A stretch of 60,168 nt of DNA. Source: Basidiobolus meristosporus CBS 931.73. Lineage: Eukaryota; Fungi; Basidiobolomycota. The position numbers and the translations under genes were made by a program. The stretch spans positions 1 to 60,168 of the forward strand of contig MCFE01000543.1 in NCBI GenBank assembly GCA_002104905.1, in the 5' to 3' direction. Below, piece by piece: positions 1 to 10,469 of this stretch; positions within the stretch are counted from its first letter, which is position 1, and the number at the start of each line of letters is the position of its first letter. The notes below the pieces were generated by a model. The model had not been told where the DNA came from. It worked only from the letters and a program-made list of their open reading frames with translations, and did not search any database.

Positions 1-295
1 ACTTTCTGATACCAGACACTCTATCACCTCCAATGTTTGCGTGCATTGATTGGCTATTGCCTCTTTTTCACACTCCTTGCTTCCTGACTTAGCTGTTTCT
101 CTTACTTTTCATGCATACAATTGATTTATTTCTGTTGAGACTTCAGTAGTACCTCAATTGCCAATTTTATCAACCTATACAAATCCCTATAAAATACACT
201 AACATTAAGCCCAACCCCACACTCAACAAGCACCTCCATCAAATTCCACCACTCAATAAGTATTTCTGCCATAACATTCTGTTTCCATGACTTTT
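1..295. repeat. Unclassified dispersed repeat (paralog at ~55806-56100, same orientation)
   Basis: Colinear shared blocks with 55.8-56.1 kb, e.g. GCTATTGCCTCTTTTTCACACTCCTT and AACATTAAGCCCAACCCCAC; no recognisable protein motif. Confidence 0.75.
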
Positions 296-341
296 TGTCC
301 TTGATAAATGCTGCTCTGATGCATCTGTTTTGGCCTGCTTG

Positions 342-862
342 TGTCATGATCACATGACAACCATGAACACCCATGCCAAGTTTCAGCTTCCCAGCTCAAT
401 TTCTAAGAGATTCCTTCCGGAACCTTCTACCACCTTCCAGAAAGTTCCTGACCATTCCAAACCATTGTTACACAATGGAACATTCCATGGAAGCTTTCCA
501 TCGTATTTTTTATAGTCCAGTACCATATATGGAAATACCAGGTCACATGACTTAGTCACATGATCAGGTGACCCAATCCATTTCCCCATCCTGTCTCAGT
601 ACCATGTCATCTATGTCATTATCCCCAGCACCATTGCTGTGCCTCACCCCACAACCCCATTAGTATTAGCTAACATCTCTCGGCATCAATATAGCCAAAA
701 AGTATATATAGTCCTATCCCCCCTTAAGTATTCCTCAGTCTGATAAACACAGGTCTTGAATAAACAGCCTTGCCTTGAATCCTGCCTTGCCTTGATGGTC
801 CACACCTAAGTCCTTTCCTGCCGTGCCTAGCTTTTCCTCCTGCCTTGTGTCAATTCATAACA
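342..862 (+). repeat. 5' LTR (521 bp)
   Basis: TGTCATGATC...TTCATAACA; 5 mismatches to the 3' LTR by manual alignment. Confidence 0.97.
703..747 (+). promoter_or_regulatory. LTR TATA box and inferred transcript 5' end (self-primer)
   Basis: TATATATA at 703-710; AGTCTGATAAA at 737-747 is complementary to the PBS; AATAAA at ~759-764. Confidence 0.65.
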
Positions 863-864
863 GT

Positions 865-875
865 TTTATCAGACT
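865..875 (+). promoter_or_regulatory. Primer-binding site, Tf1-type self-priming
   Basis: TTTATCAGACT just after the LTR is the exact reverse complement of 737-747; no TGG-type tRNA PBS is present. Confidence 0.75.
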
Positions 876-1268
876 CCCCTGACTTACCTGTGGATCCCTG
901 CCTTCTGCCCAAAGTTTGAAGAAAACTTGTAAAAGGAATACTCACCGTAAGTATCACCCATCATCTTTCCCTAGTCTTGTCCTATAAAGGCAAAGATACT
1001 TTATCTTTGTAAAACTATTGGTCAAAGCTGCATTCACTTTATTACCCTGCTGGTGGAGTTTACAGTTGTTACAGTATTGGAAGCTTTAGTACAATACTCT
1101 ATCAAAGGACATTGAAACCAGTACCTTCTGAAGTGACGCTAACTTATTTAAGTTGGGGATTGTGGCTCAATAGTTGTATTCTTGACATACTAGTGGCTTT
1201 ACAAACCCACAATCTAGTTTAGTATATTCCAGTATTCCTTGCAAGTTCATCTGCCTTCCTCTGCTACC

Positions 1269-2201
1269 ATGTCCAACCTAGAGCTGAACTTTGCCCAGCT
1301 CATGGCTGCCTTTACCCAACTGCAGCAAGACCATGCAGACCTCAGAAACACTCTTGCTCAGTTCCAGAACCAAAGTGTCCAGCAAACTAGCCATGTCCCA
1401 GTCTACCAAGAACCCAAGTATACTCCTGCTACCAAGTTCAATGGCTCTCAGAATGAATTCCATGGCTTCATCAACATGGTGAAGAACAATCTTGCACTCC
1501 AGCCCAACCGGTACCCCACTGACCAGGCCAAAGTTGGTTTCATCTCCAACCTGCTTACTGGTACAGCTCTCAAGTGGTTCTCCCCATTAGTGGAGACCAA
1601 CTCTCCCCTCCTCAGAGACTACCAAGCTTTCCTCACTGAAATGGAGCTAACATTTGGTAACCTTGACCAAGCCAGAACTGCTGCCAACAAGATCAAGACC
1701 CTCAAGCAAGGGAACAAACCAGCATCAGTCTATGCCTCAGAATTCCGACAACTCTCCAGTGACCTCAGCTCCTGGGGTCAAGCAGCCTTGATTAGCCAAT
1801 TCCAAGATGGCCTCAATGATGAAGTTTGTGATCTGCTACTCACACTCCCAGATCCAGATACATTGGTTGAAGCTATGCACCAAGCAATCCGGTGTGATAA
1901 CAGACTATTCCAGAAGAAGCAAAAGAACCGTCAAAGACACATTCCTGTTGCAGTCCCAGCCCCTCCTGCTCCCCAAGTCACTCCAGAAGATCCTATGCAG
2001 ATTGATAGTGCCAAATACAAGAAACTATCAAAGAGTGAAAAGTCCAGACGTCAACAAGCCAACCTCTGTCTATACTGTGGCCAACCAGGTCACTTTGCCA
2101 AGTCCTGCCCTAACAAGAAGTCCAGCTTCAAGCTGATGCAGTCCTCCAGCAACCAACCTGATTCAGATCTGTTGGGAAACTCCAATGTCCAGTTGCACTG
2201 A
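1269..2201 (+). CDS. gag: Gag (retrotransposon gag with CCHC zinc knuckle)
   Basis: Open ORF from ATG 1269; LKQG...YASEF gag motif; [14 protein letters not shown] knuckle. Confidence 0.95.
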   Translation: MSNLELNFAQLMAAFTQLQQDHADLRNTLAQFQNQSVQQTSHVPVYQEPKYTPATKFNGSQNEFHGFINMVKNNLALQPNRYPTDQAKVGFISNLLTGTALKWFSPLVETNSPLLRDYQAFLTEMELTFGNLDQARTAANKIKTLKQGNKPASVYASEFRQLSSDLSSWGQAALISQFQDGLNDEVCDLLLTLPDPDTLVEAMHQAIRCDNRLFQKKQKNRQRHIPVAVPAPPAPQVTPEDPMQIDSAKYKKLSKSEKSRRQQANLCLYCGQPGHFAKSCPNKKSSFKLMQSSSNQPDSDLLGNSNVQLH

Positions 2202-2218
2202 CAGGCTTGCAACTGGAC
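2174..2218 (+). promoter_or_regulatory. -1 programmed ribosomal frameshift signal
   Basis: G GGA AAC in the gag frame (2174-2180), 6-nt spacer, 11-bp perfect stem 2187-2197/2208-2218; pol lies in the -1 frame, which is open from 2162. Confidence 0.85.
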
Positions 2219-5200
2219 CCACCCATGAAAATCCAGCATATCCAAGAATCTTCCTTCGCCACAAAATCTATACAGTCCTTGAGAATGCCTGTCAAAATCC
2301 AGATCCCTGACTCCAGTCCTGTCCCAGCCCTAGCCCTGATTGATTCCGGTGCTTCATCCTGTTTCATTGACCAAGCCTTTGTCCAGAAGCACTCTATTCC
2401 TGTTACCTTGAAATCCTGTCCAGTCCAAGTAGAAGTTATTGATGGAAGATCACTCTCCTCTGGTGCCGTTACCCATGAAACATGCTTACTCCAGCTGTCC
2501 AGTACTGCCCACCAAGAAAGAATTGCCTTCAACATCATCAACTCACCACACTATCCTATTGTGCTTGGAAGCTCATGGTTGAGCTACCACAATCCGAGTA
2601 TTGATTGGAAATCCAAGATCCTGTCATTCACCAGATCCCACCAAGTCAACTCCATGAAATCTCCAGACTCTGATAACCGTGAAAAGACGGTTGCCAACAG
2701 TTCAACAGCCCAAGATACCTTGCCAGCTGAAGGAGCCCCCTCAGCAACTATACCAGCCAAGTACCAAGAGTTTGCCCATGTCTTTGACAAGAAGAATGCA
2801 GAACTCCTCCCTGACCATCGGCCTTATGACTGCCCTATTGACCTTGAAGATGGAAAAGTCCCTCCATTTGGCCCAATATATAACCTCTCCCAGCCAGAGT
2901 TGAAAGAACTCCATGGTTATATTCAAGAAAACCTCCAGAAGGGTTTTATTCAGCACTCCAAATCACCTGCTGGAGCCCCAATCCTCTTTGTCAAGAAGAA
3001 GGATGGCACCCTCAGAATGTGTGTGGACTACCGTGCTTTGAATAAGATCACAGTCAAGAACCGCTACCCCCTGCCCCTGATCAACACACTGTTGGATCAG
3101 CTATCTGCTGCCCAAGTCTTCACCAAGATAGACTTGAGAGGAGCTTACAATCTTGTCAGAATCAAGCCTGGTGATGAATGGAAAACTGCCTTTTGCACAA
3201 GATATGGTCACTTTGAGTACAAAGTAATGCCATTTGGCCTCACCAATGCCCCTGCTGTGTTTCAACACCTCATGAATGACATATTCCGTGAATACCTTGA
3301 CCAGTTTGTGGTAATCTACCTTGATGATATTCTCATATACTCCAAGAGCCAAGATGAACATGATGAACATGTCAAGAAAGTATTGAGAAAACTAGACTCT
3401 GCCGGTCTCTATGCCAAGTTAGAGAAGTGTGAATTTGACCAGAGAGAAGTGGAATTTCTTGGTTACCTCATCAGCCCTGAGGGAACAAGAATGGACCCAA
3501 AGAAAGTTGACTCAGTCCAGTCCTGGAAAACTCCAAGCTCAGTCAAGGAAGTACAATCCTTCCTGGGATTTGCTAACTTCTATCGCAGGTTCATAGCCAA
3601 CTACTCCAAGATAGTCACCCCTCTGACAAAGCTTACCCAGAAGAACACACCTTTTGCCTGGAATGAGGAGCAATCCAGCTCATTCAACCAACTCAAGAAA
3701 TCTTTCCTGAAGGCCCCCCTGCTTGCCCACCCTGACCTTGAGAAGCAATTCATAGTGGAGACTGATGCTTCTGATTTTGCCCTTGGTGCCATACTCTCCC
3801 AGTATGATGAGGATAATGTGTTGCACCCCATTGCATTCTACTCTTGGAAGTTTTCCCCTGCAGAGATCAACTATGATATCTATGATAAGGAGTTGCTTGC
3901 CATCATTGTGGCCTTTGAGCAATGGAGACACTACCTGGATGGTGCAAAACACAAAATCAAAGTCTTCTGTGACCATAAGAACCTTGAGTACTTTGCAACT
4001 TCCAAAGTACTAAACCGGAGACAAGCCAGATGGTCACTCTTCCTGTCCAGCTTTGACTTTACTATCACCTATAGACCTGGTGCAAAGCAAGAAAAGCCTG
4101 ATGCCCTGTCCAGAAAAAAGAAATATGCCCTGGAAGAGGGAGATGATGCCTGTTGGCAAATGGAACACCCACTGCTGAGCAAGAAACATTTTGAGATTCT
4201 TGCCACCCAGTCCTCAAGTCTTGTCATCCCTTCATTCCTAGTAAGGATATCAGAGTCCCAGGCCTCTGATATGACTTCCAGCAGCATCAAGAAATATCTG
4301 GAATCCCCAGTTGGGCCCCCTCCCAAGTTCCCAAACATCCAGAACCTGCATTTGGTAAACAACCTCATCTACCACAAGCAGCAGCTTTATGTCCCAGACC
4401 TTGCCACCCAGCTAGACATCATTAAGTCTTGGCATGATTCAATGGCTGCAGGCCACTTTGGTACTGCCAAAACCTTGAATGCCATCAAAAGAGATTTCTG
4501 GTGGCCTAGAATGATAACTCTTATCAAAGAGTACATTCTGACTTGTGATATTTGCAACCGTGCAAAACCAGCCAGACACCAGCCCTATGGACTTCTTCAA
4601 CCCCTGCCTATCCCAGAACACCAATGGAGATCTATATCTATGGACTTCATTACTGACCTCCCTGAGTCATGTGGCTTCAATGCTATACTTGTAGTGGCTG
4701 ACCGGCTGACCAAGATGGCTCACTTCATCCCTTGCTGTAAGAACACTGATGCAAAAGAAACTGCGGCTTTAGTCCTGAAGAATATTTTCCACCTTCATGG
4801 TATCCCCAGTGATATTGTGTCAGATAGAGGCCCACAGTTTGTGTCCAAGTTTTGGAAACACTTCATGCAATACCTTGGTGTTCAAGTCAAGGTCTCTACT
4901 GCCTTCCATCCACAGTCTGATGGCCAGACTGAAAGAATCAACCAGATTCTGGAGCAATACCTCCAGTGCTATATCAATTACCAGCAAGACAATTGGGTTG
5001 ACCTACTCCCTGTTGCTGAGTTTGCCTACAACAACTCAAGTCATAGTGCAACCGGTTTTACACCATTCTATGCAAACTATGGATTCCACCCTCAGTTTGA
5101 TATCCAGATTCCAACAAACCCAATGAGCCCACATGCGGCTGAACATGCCCAAGCAATCCAGGACATCCAGAGCACCCTCAAGGAAGAGCTATCCTTAGCT

Positions 5201-5722
5201 CAGGAAAGCTACAAGAAATTTGCCAATCTAAAACGGCATCCCAGCCCTGATCTTAATAAAGGAGATTCTGTATGGTTGCTCAGGAGAAACATCAGCACCA
5301 ACCGCCCTTGTGACAAGTTGGATTTCAAGAAACTTGGTCCCTTCAAGATCAAGAAGAAGCTTTGCCCTATAGTATATCAGCTACAGTTACCAGCAAGTAT
5401 GAAAATCCATGATACTTTCCATGTGTCCCTCCTGGAGCCGTATTGTAGGAACACATTGCCAAACCAGCAAGAAGCAAAGCCCCAAGCTATCCAGGTTGAC
5501 CAACATCAAGAATTTGAAGTTAAACAGATTCTAGACTCCAAGTATATCCGGTCAAAGCTGTACTACTTAGTAGACTGGATTGGTTATGGCCCAAGTGACC
5601 AAACATGGGAACCAGCTACACATCTCACTAATTGTCAAGAACTAGTTACCCAGTTCCACCAACAATATCCTGCAAAACCTGCCCCAAAGGGAAACAGAGC
5701 TCCGCCTGGAAGAGGAGAATAG
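2207..5722 (+). CDS. pol: Pol polyprotein: aspartic protease, RT, RNase H, integrase, chromodomain
   Basis: LIDSGAS protease; YLDD RT; ETDASD RNase H; H-H-C-C plus SMDF...SDRG...ER integrase; GPF; FEVKQILD...YLVDWIGY...TWEP chromodomain. Probably entered by frameshift at 2180, not at the TTG start given in the ORF track. Confidence 0.97.
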   Translation: MQLDPPMKIQHIQESSFATKSIQSLRMPVKIQIPDSSPVPALALIDSGASSCFIDQAFVQKHSIPVTLKSCPVQVEVIDGRSLSSGAVTHETCLLQLSSTAHQERIAFNIINSPHYPIVLGSSWLSYHNPSIDWKSKILSFTRSHQVNSMKSPDSDNREKTVANSSTAQDTLPAEGAPSATIPAKYQEFAHVFDKKNAELLPDHRPYDCPIDLEDGKVPPFGPIYNLSQPELKELHGYIQENLQKGFIQHSKSPAGAPILFVKKKDGTLRMCVDYRALNKITVKNRYPLPLINTLLDQLSAAQVFTKIDLRGAYNLVRIKPGDEWKTAFCTRYGHFEYKVMPFGLTNAPAVFQHLMNDIFREYLDQFVVIYLDDILIYSKSQDEHDEHVKKVLRKLDSAGLYAKLEKCEFDQREVEFLGYLISPEGTRMDPKKVDSVQSWKTPSSVKEVQSFLGFANFYRRFIANYSKIVTPLTKLTQKNTPFAWNEEQSSSFNQLKKSFLKAPLLAHPDLEKQFIVETDASDFALGAILSQYDEDNVLHPIAFYSWKFSPAEINYDIYDKELLAIIVAFEQWRHYLDGAKHKIKVFCDHKNLEYFATSKVLNRRQARWSLFLSSFDFTITYRPGAKQEKPDALSRKKKYALEEGDDACWQMEHPLLSKKHFEILATQSSSLVIPSFLVRISESQASDMTSSSIKKYLESPVGPPPKFPNIQNLHLVNNLIYHKQQLYVPDLATQLDIIKSWHDSMAAGHFGTAKTLNAIKRDFWWPRMITLIKEYILTCDICNRAKPARHQPYGLLQPLPIPEHQWRSISMDFITDLPESCGFNAILVVADRLTKMAHFIPCCKNTDAKETAALVLKNIFHLHGIPSDIVSDRGPQFVSKFWKHFMQYLGVQVKVSTAFHPQSDGQTERINQILEQYLQCYINYQQDNWVDLLPVAEFAYNNSSHSATGFTPFYANYGFHPQFDIQIPTNPMSPHAAEHAQAIQDIQSTLKEELSLAQESYKKFANLKRHPSPDLNKGDSVWLLRRNISTNRPCDKLDFKKLGPFKIKKKLCPIVYQLQLPASMKIHDTFHVSLLEPYCRNTLPNQQEAKPQAIQVDQHQEFEVKQILDSKYIRSKLYYLVDWIGYGPSDQTWEPATHLTNCQELVTQFHQQYPAKPAPKGNRAPPGRGE
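5708..5722 (+). promoter_or_regulatory. Polypurine tract
   Basis: GGAAGAGGAGAATAG abuts the 3' LTR and includes the pol stop codon. Confidence 0.8.
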
Positions 5723-6243
5723 TGTCATGATCACATGACAACCATGAACACCCATGCCAAGTTTCAGCTTCCCAGCTCAATTTCTAAGAGATTCCTTCCG
5801 GAACCTTCTACCACCTTCCAGAAAGTTCCTGACCATTCCAAACCATTGTTACACAATGGAACATTCCATGGAAGCTTTCCATCGTATTTTTTATAGTCCA
5901 GTACCATATATGGAAATACCAGGTCACATGACTTAGTCACATGATCAGGTGACCCAATCCATTTCCCCATCCTGTCTTGGTACCATGTCATCTATGTCAT
6001 TATCCCCAGCACCATTGCTGTGCCTCACCCCACAATCCCATTAGTATTAGCTAACATCTCTCGGCATCAATATAGCCAAAAAGTATATATAGTCCTATCC
6101 CCCCTTAAGTATTCCTCAGTCTGATAAACACAGGTCTTGAATAAACAGCCTTGCCTTGAATCCTGCCTTGCCTTGATGATCCACACCTAAGTCCTTTCCT
6201 GCCGTGCCTAGCTTTTCCTCCTGCCTTGTGTCTATTCATAACA
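5723..6243 (+). repeat. 3' LTR (521 bp)
   Basis: Direct repeat of 342-862 followed by the TSD GCTTG. Confidence 0.97.
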
Positions 6244-6477
6244 GCTTGTCCCTTACTGGCACTCTGCAGGCAACATGGTGCTTTTTTCCTACTTGTTTTG
6301 AACTCTCAGCCCATGCTGTGAAAGGTGCCTGAGGTAGCCACTTGTCTTTATTACTGCCAGGCCCTTCACTGCTACATTGACTGGGTGCATCTTCAGTGGA
6401 AGTATGCTCTTTCCTTGATAAATGTTGTGCTGGTGCATCTGTGTCTGCCTATTTGTCCCTTATTGGGACTATTCCAG

Positions 6478-7047
6478 CTACTTGATGTCTCTTTGATGCT
6501 TGTTTGGAGCTTTTGGCCCTGCCTGTAACAGGCTCTTGAGGAAGCCACTTGTTTTTAGCCATTGCACCCTTGCTTTTATGCCTTTGATAGTTTCTGCTAT
6601 TCTTGAGATACTTAGCATACCAATGCTGAACAAAAATCTGTTCAATAATTTGAGTCCAGGATAATGCTCATGGAGCAAGTCAAGCTCATGCTGCTTGGCC
6701 TTGAGTTCCTGATGGTCCCATGGTATGCTGGCCTTAAGGTGATGGCATGCCAGACTTCTTACAGCCTCTTGAATATTAGCCCACACTTCATAATTGAACT
6801 CAATGGCTTCATGGATATTCAAGGTCTTTTGATTATTAGGCTTTGGTATAAGCACTGTGGCTTCTCCCTCCCATGCTATGATAGGTTCTTCTGTGGGTTT
6901 TACCTTTGGGCACTGCTGTTGTGCTTCAAAGACTGAATGGTGTTCCTCTGCTGTTACATTGGGAAATGTCTCATTTCTTGGCTGAGATTTTGAGCTAATT
7001 GAGTTTCCTCTTTGCAGTAAAAATACTGCTTTCTCAACCTGAAACAT
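6478..7047 (-). pseudogene. Orphan ORF-A fragment of the CACTA-like element, unknown function
   Basis: 189-aa open stretch; homologous frames at 37.65-39.2 kb and 59.2-59.9 kb. Confidence 0.5.
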
Positions 7048-7623
7048 TGATTGCTCTACACATATTATCCACTAACCATGCTTCTGGAATATATCCTGAT
7101 TTCTCTGGGCCATTGCATCTATCCTGTCAGCCACTGCACCTAATTGCCTCAGTAATGCTTTGGTATGAGCTGACAAAATTCTTCCTAATACAGGTGGTGG
7201 TGATGTTACAACAGCCACTTGCTGGTCTTCAACTGAAGGTACTGCTTTTGCTACATTCTCATCTACCTTAGCATTATGGTCAGCTTGTGGCTCCAGAGTG
7301 ACTCCCAATTGCCTACTTTACAAGCCAAGCATTCTTCTGCTGCTATCAGTGGTGGGGTTTGGTTGGGAACCAGATCACTTTTCTTTATTTTTTGGCAGCA
7401 TATATATGGAAGTGAGTCAAGCCAAAGGGGAAATGGTGTTACATATACATGTGTGTGTGGTGCCACAACTTTGTTTATAATGCTTACTATGCCAGGCCAT
7501 CATTGAGTCTTTTATTCATATAGGTGCAATGTCTCAAATACAAGACTGCCTTAAATTCACATGAGTATTGACAAAAAAATGATTTAATAGAGTTACATTG
7601 TTAAGTGCCAAACTGTTTGTCCC

Positions 7624-8179
7624 ATGGACAAGACTACTTTAATGCAATGCTGCAAGAGAAGAGCAAAAAGACCATGTGGCTATTGTAGCAAGCCTCTCAT
7701 CCATGAAGCATGCAGAGAGCATAGGAAGTATTACAAGGATCACAACCAGTGTTTTGCCACACAAGTCATACATGACCATTCACCGGTCACTACCTTACCA
7801 ATAATATCTTGCCAGCCACTTGATACTTCTATCACAGTACCTGGTCATACTTGTCACCTTGCACAAACTGAGGCAGGTGAGTTTGTGACACCTTCAGGCT
7901 CACCCCAGCCTTCTGAATATGGCATGCAGAGTGATAGCTCTGAAGAAGCAGGCTCACAAGCCATCAGTAAGCCTATCACCCCAAACAGCCGTACCCTGCA
8001 TGAGCCTGGCAAAATCCCAATTTGCATTGAGACAACCCCTGTAGAAAAAAACTCCAAGGATACTTTATGGAGTCAAGTGAGCCCAGTTATCCATCTACTG
8101 GTGAATGATGTGATGTTGTGGCTAGAGAAGTGGCATGTTTCTGCTAATATCAGTAATGGGGGCTTTGAGGATTTACTAC
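7624..8179 (+). pseudogene. N-terminal region of the CACTA-like transposase (Cys/His cluster), interrupted by a Copia LTR
   Basis: MDKTTL...CGYCSKPLIHEACREH; same start at ~39430 and ~60030. Confidence 0.55.
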
Positions 8180-10445
8180 TGCTGTAAGAGTCTTGGAGAT
8201 ATTGGAAGTGATTGGGAAGACAAGTAGATTATGTGGTTTTCACTTAATGATTTATTGAATGTAAGAGTAGTATTTACACTTTTACATGATCTTTGCATAA
8301 CGAACACATAGAATAGGTTAAGGAAGGTCCAAAGAACACGTGTGCAAAGCTTGGGGTTGTTTGGACAACTTTGAGAATTCTCATGTTCTGGGTGCCTGGT
8401 ATTTTGGTGAAAATAGACTTGTTCCATTGGATAGTGCCACATTGAGCCATGAGTGCCAAATGATGCCATAGTGTGCCAGAGAGGCCAATTGAGCCTCTAC
8501 TTAGCCACAGAGTGTGAAACATAGCTCTGCATCTTCATGCAAAGCAGCCCCTGTGTTTCACCCATTGTGTTGGAGAAAATCCATTTTTTGACCTTTTTTT
8601 TTGGATCAATGTTGTGCAGGATGTATTAGAGCACAAGCAGATTGAAGATATGCATCTGGTACTCAATACCCATGGCACTCTGAATCTAGCTCCTTACAAT
8701 TACAAACTTTTACAACACTCCCACTCAGCTAAATGTTCATACTGACTAGTCCTAGTTTTGACCTAAGATATTCAAACTTGTCTCTAGCTAATGGTCTGGT
8801 AAATATGTCTGCAATCATTTCATCTGTAGGACAGTAAGCTAAGCCAACTAAGTAATTCTCTATAGCTTCATGTATGAAATGATGTCTAATATCTATGTGC
8901 TTGGTTCCAGCATGAAAAGTTGGATTTCTACCTAATTGTGTACATCCTTGATTATCTTGAAATAAAGTAATAGGCGTTTTTTGACATAGGCCTAAATCTG
9001 TAAAAATCTTTCTTAACCACATTGCTTCTTTTGTAGCCTCACAGGCTGCCATATACTCTGCCTCTGTGGTAGAAAGTGCTACGGTTAGTTGCTTTCTTGA
9101 ATTCCATGAAATTGCTACTTTGCAGTAAAGAAAGGTGTATCCTGTGGTGGATCTTCTGTCTTCTAAACTTTGTCTCCAATCAGCATCAGGGTATCCCACA
9201 AGATCCAGTTCTGAATCTTTATAAGTGTATTTTAAGCAGATATCAGCAGCTCCTTTTAGGTATCTATAAATCTGCTTAACTGCTGCAATATGTTCAGATC
9301 CATAGTTCTAATTATGCTGGCTGACAACTCCCACTAAACATGAGATATCAGGATGTGTTCCAAGCATGCTATACATCAGACTGCCAACCATAGATTGCTA
9401 AGGAAAGTCAGGGCTTTCTGATGGCACCAAGCTCTCTTGATTTGGTTGAGTTTTGACCAAGTTAAGGTTTGTCTCCAATGGGGTAGCTGCCAGTTTACAG
9501 TCTTCCATTTTGTACTTCTTTAGTATATCTTAAATATACTTGGATGGGCTTGGGGTAATAGTCTGGGTACTTCTGTCTATGGAGAACTTAATCCCTAAGT
9601 AGTAACTAAGTTCTCCTAGATCAGACATCTTGAACTTCTTAGATAGGCTGGATTTAGTCTCTTCCAATGTTTCTAGGTTATTGGTGGCTATAATAAGATC
9701 ATCCACATATAGGGCTAATAGAATTGGATTTGCTCTATCTGGCTTATAGTATATACTATAGTCAGCATAACTCAAAGATTCCAAATAAGAGTCTATCTTG
9801 CAATTCCAGGCTCTTGGTGATTGTTTGAGACCATATAGTGCCTTTTTAAGCATGCAGACCAAATGAGGGCTATCTTGGTCAGCAAGCCCATCAGGCTGGT
9901 CCATATACATGTCCTCATCAAGTTCTCCATTCAAAAATGCAGTTTTCACACCCATTTGATGAATAAAAAACTTATATTTGGCTGCAATAGCCAATATTAA
10001 TCTGATGGAATCAAACTTGGCTACTGGTGCAAAGGTCTCAGTATAGTCAAGTCCATTTGTCTGAGAGTATCTGTTGGCCACAAGTCTTGCTTTATATCTT
10101 TCATTTGTACCATCAGCCTTGTATTTTGTCTTAACAACCCATCTGTATCCAATTGATTCTTACTGATTGGTAATTTGACCAAGTGTCCAGTTTTATTTAT
10201 CGTTAAGGCCTGATATTCCTCTGTCATTGAAGATCTCCAAAACTTTGCCTGAGGGCTGCCTAGGACCTCTTTTACAGGTTGGGGCTCATCAATATGAGCT
10301 GAATAGGCATAGGCTAAGTTTGTACCCTCATTATATAGTAATTGAACTATTTCTTGTCCAGTTGGATCTCCAGGCATTTGAAATTGGCATGATCACTTCT
10401 GGGATATTCCTGGGCACTGCTTCAGGCTGAACCACTCTGCTGGAG
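8180..10445 (-). mobile_element. 5'-truncated Ty1/Copia element (RT, RNase H, 3' LTR at 8180-8717)
   Basis: KARLVA, ETFAPVAK, LYGLKQSPRAWN, LYVDD, ADW...RRSTTGY, STTEAEY, TKHIDIRHH, MIADIFT; PPT GAGTGGGAG; sister of 15267-23041. Confidence 0.92.
8415..8694 (+). mobile_element. Single arm of the palindromic PHIS-type MITE inserted into the Copia LTR
   Basis: AGACTTGTTCC terminus after AAT; the paralogous LTR at 15.5 kb lacks it. Confidence 0.85.
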
Positions 10446-10469
10446 TGAAAAAATCTTATTGTTTTGCAC

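Larger units (their letters stand above)
342..6243 (+). mobile_element. Full-length Ty3/Gypsy chromovirus LTR retrotransposon
   Basis: TG...CA LTRs at 342-862 and 5723-6243; 5-bp TSD GCTTG (337-341, 6244-6248); gag, then PR-RT-RH-IN-chromodomain order; empty-site paralog at ~37921-37960. Confidence 0.98.
6244..8179. mobile_element. CACTA-like element copy A, 5' part (orphan ORF on minus strand; transposase N-terminus on plus strand); continues at 296-341
   Basis: Colinear with 37950-39780 and 59137-60168; the paralog at 39.4-42.3 kb runs on into a Transposase_21-like sequence. Confidence 0.75.

Noticed and set aside
863-885. tRNA-type PBS for the chromovirus
   Set aside because: There is no TGG start complementary to tRNA CCA; the self-complementary match explains the site better
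330-5991. Short ORFs in the LTRs and antisense or alternate-frame ORFs over gag-pol
   Set aside because: They are shadows of the real ORFs or LTR duplicates, with no motifs
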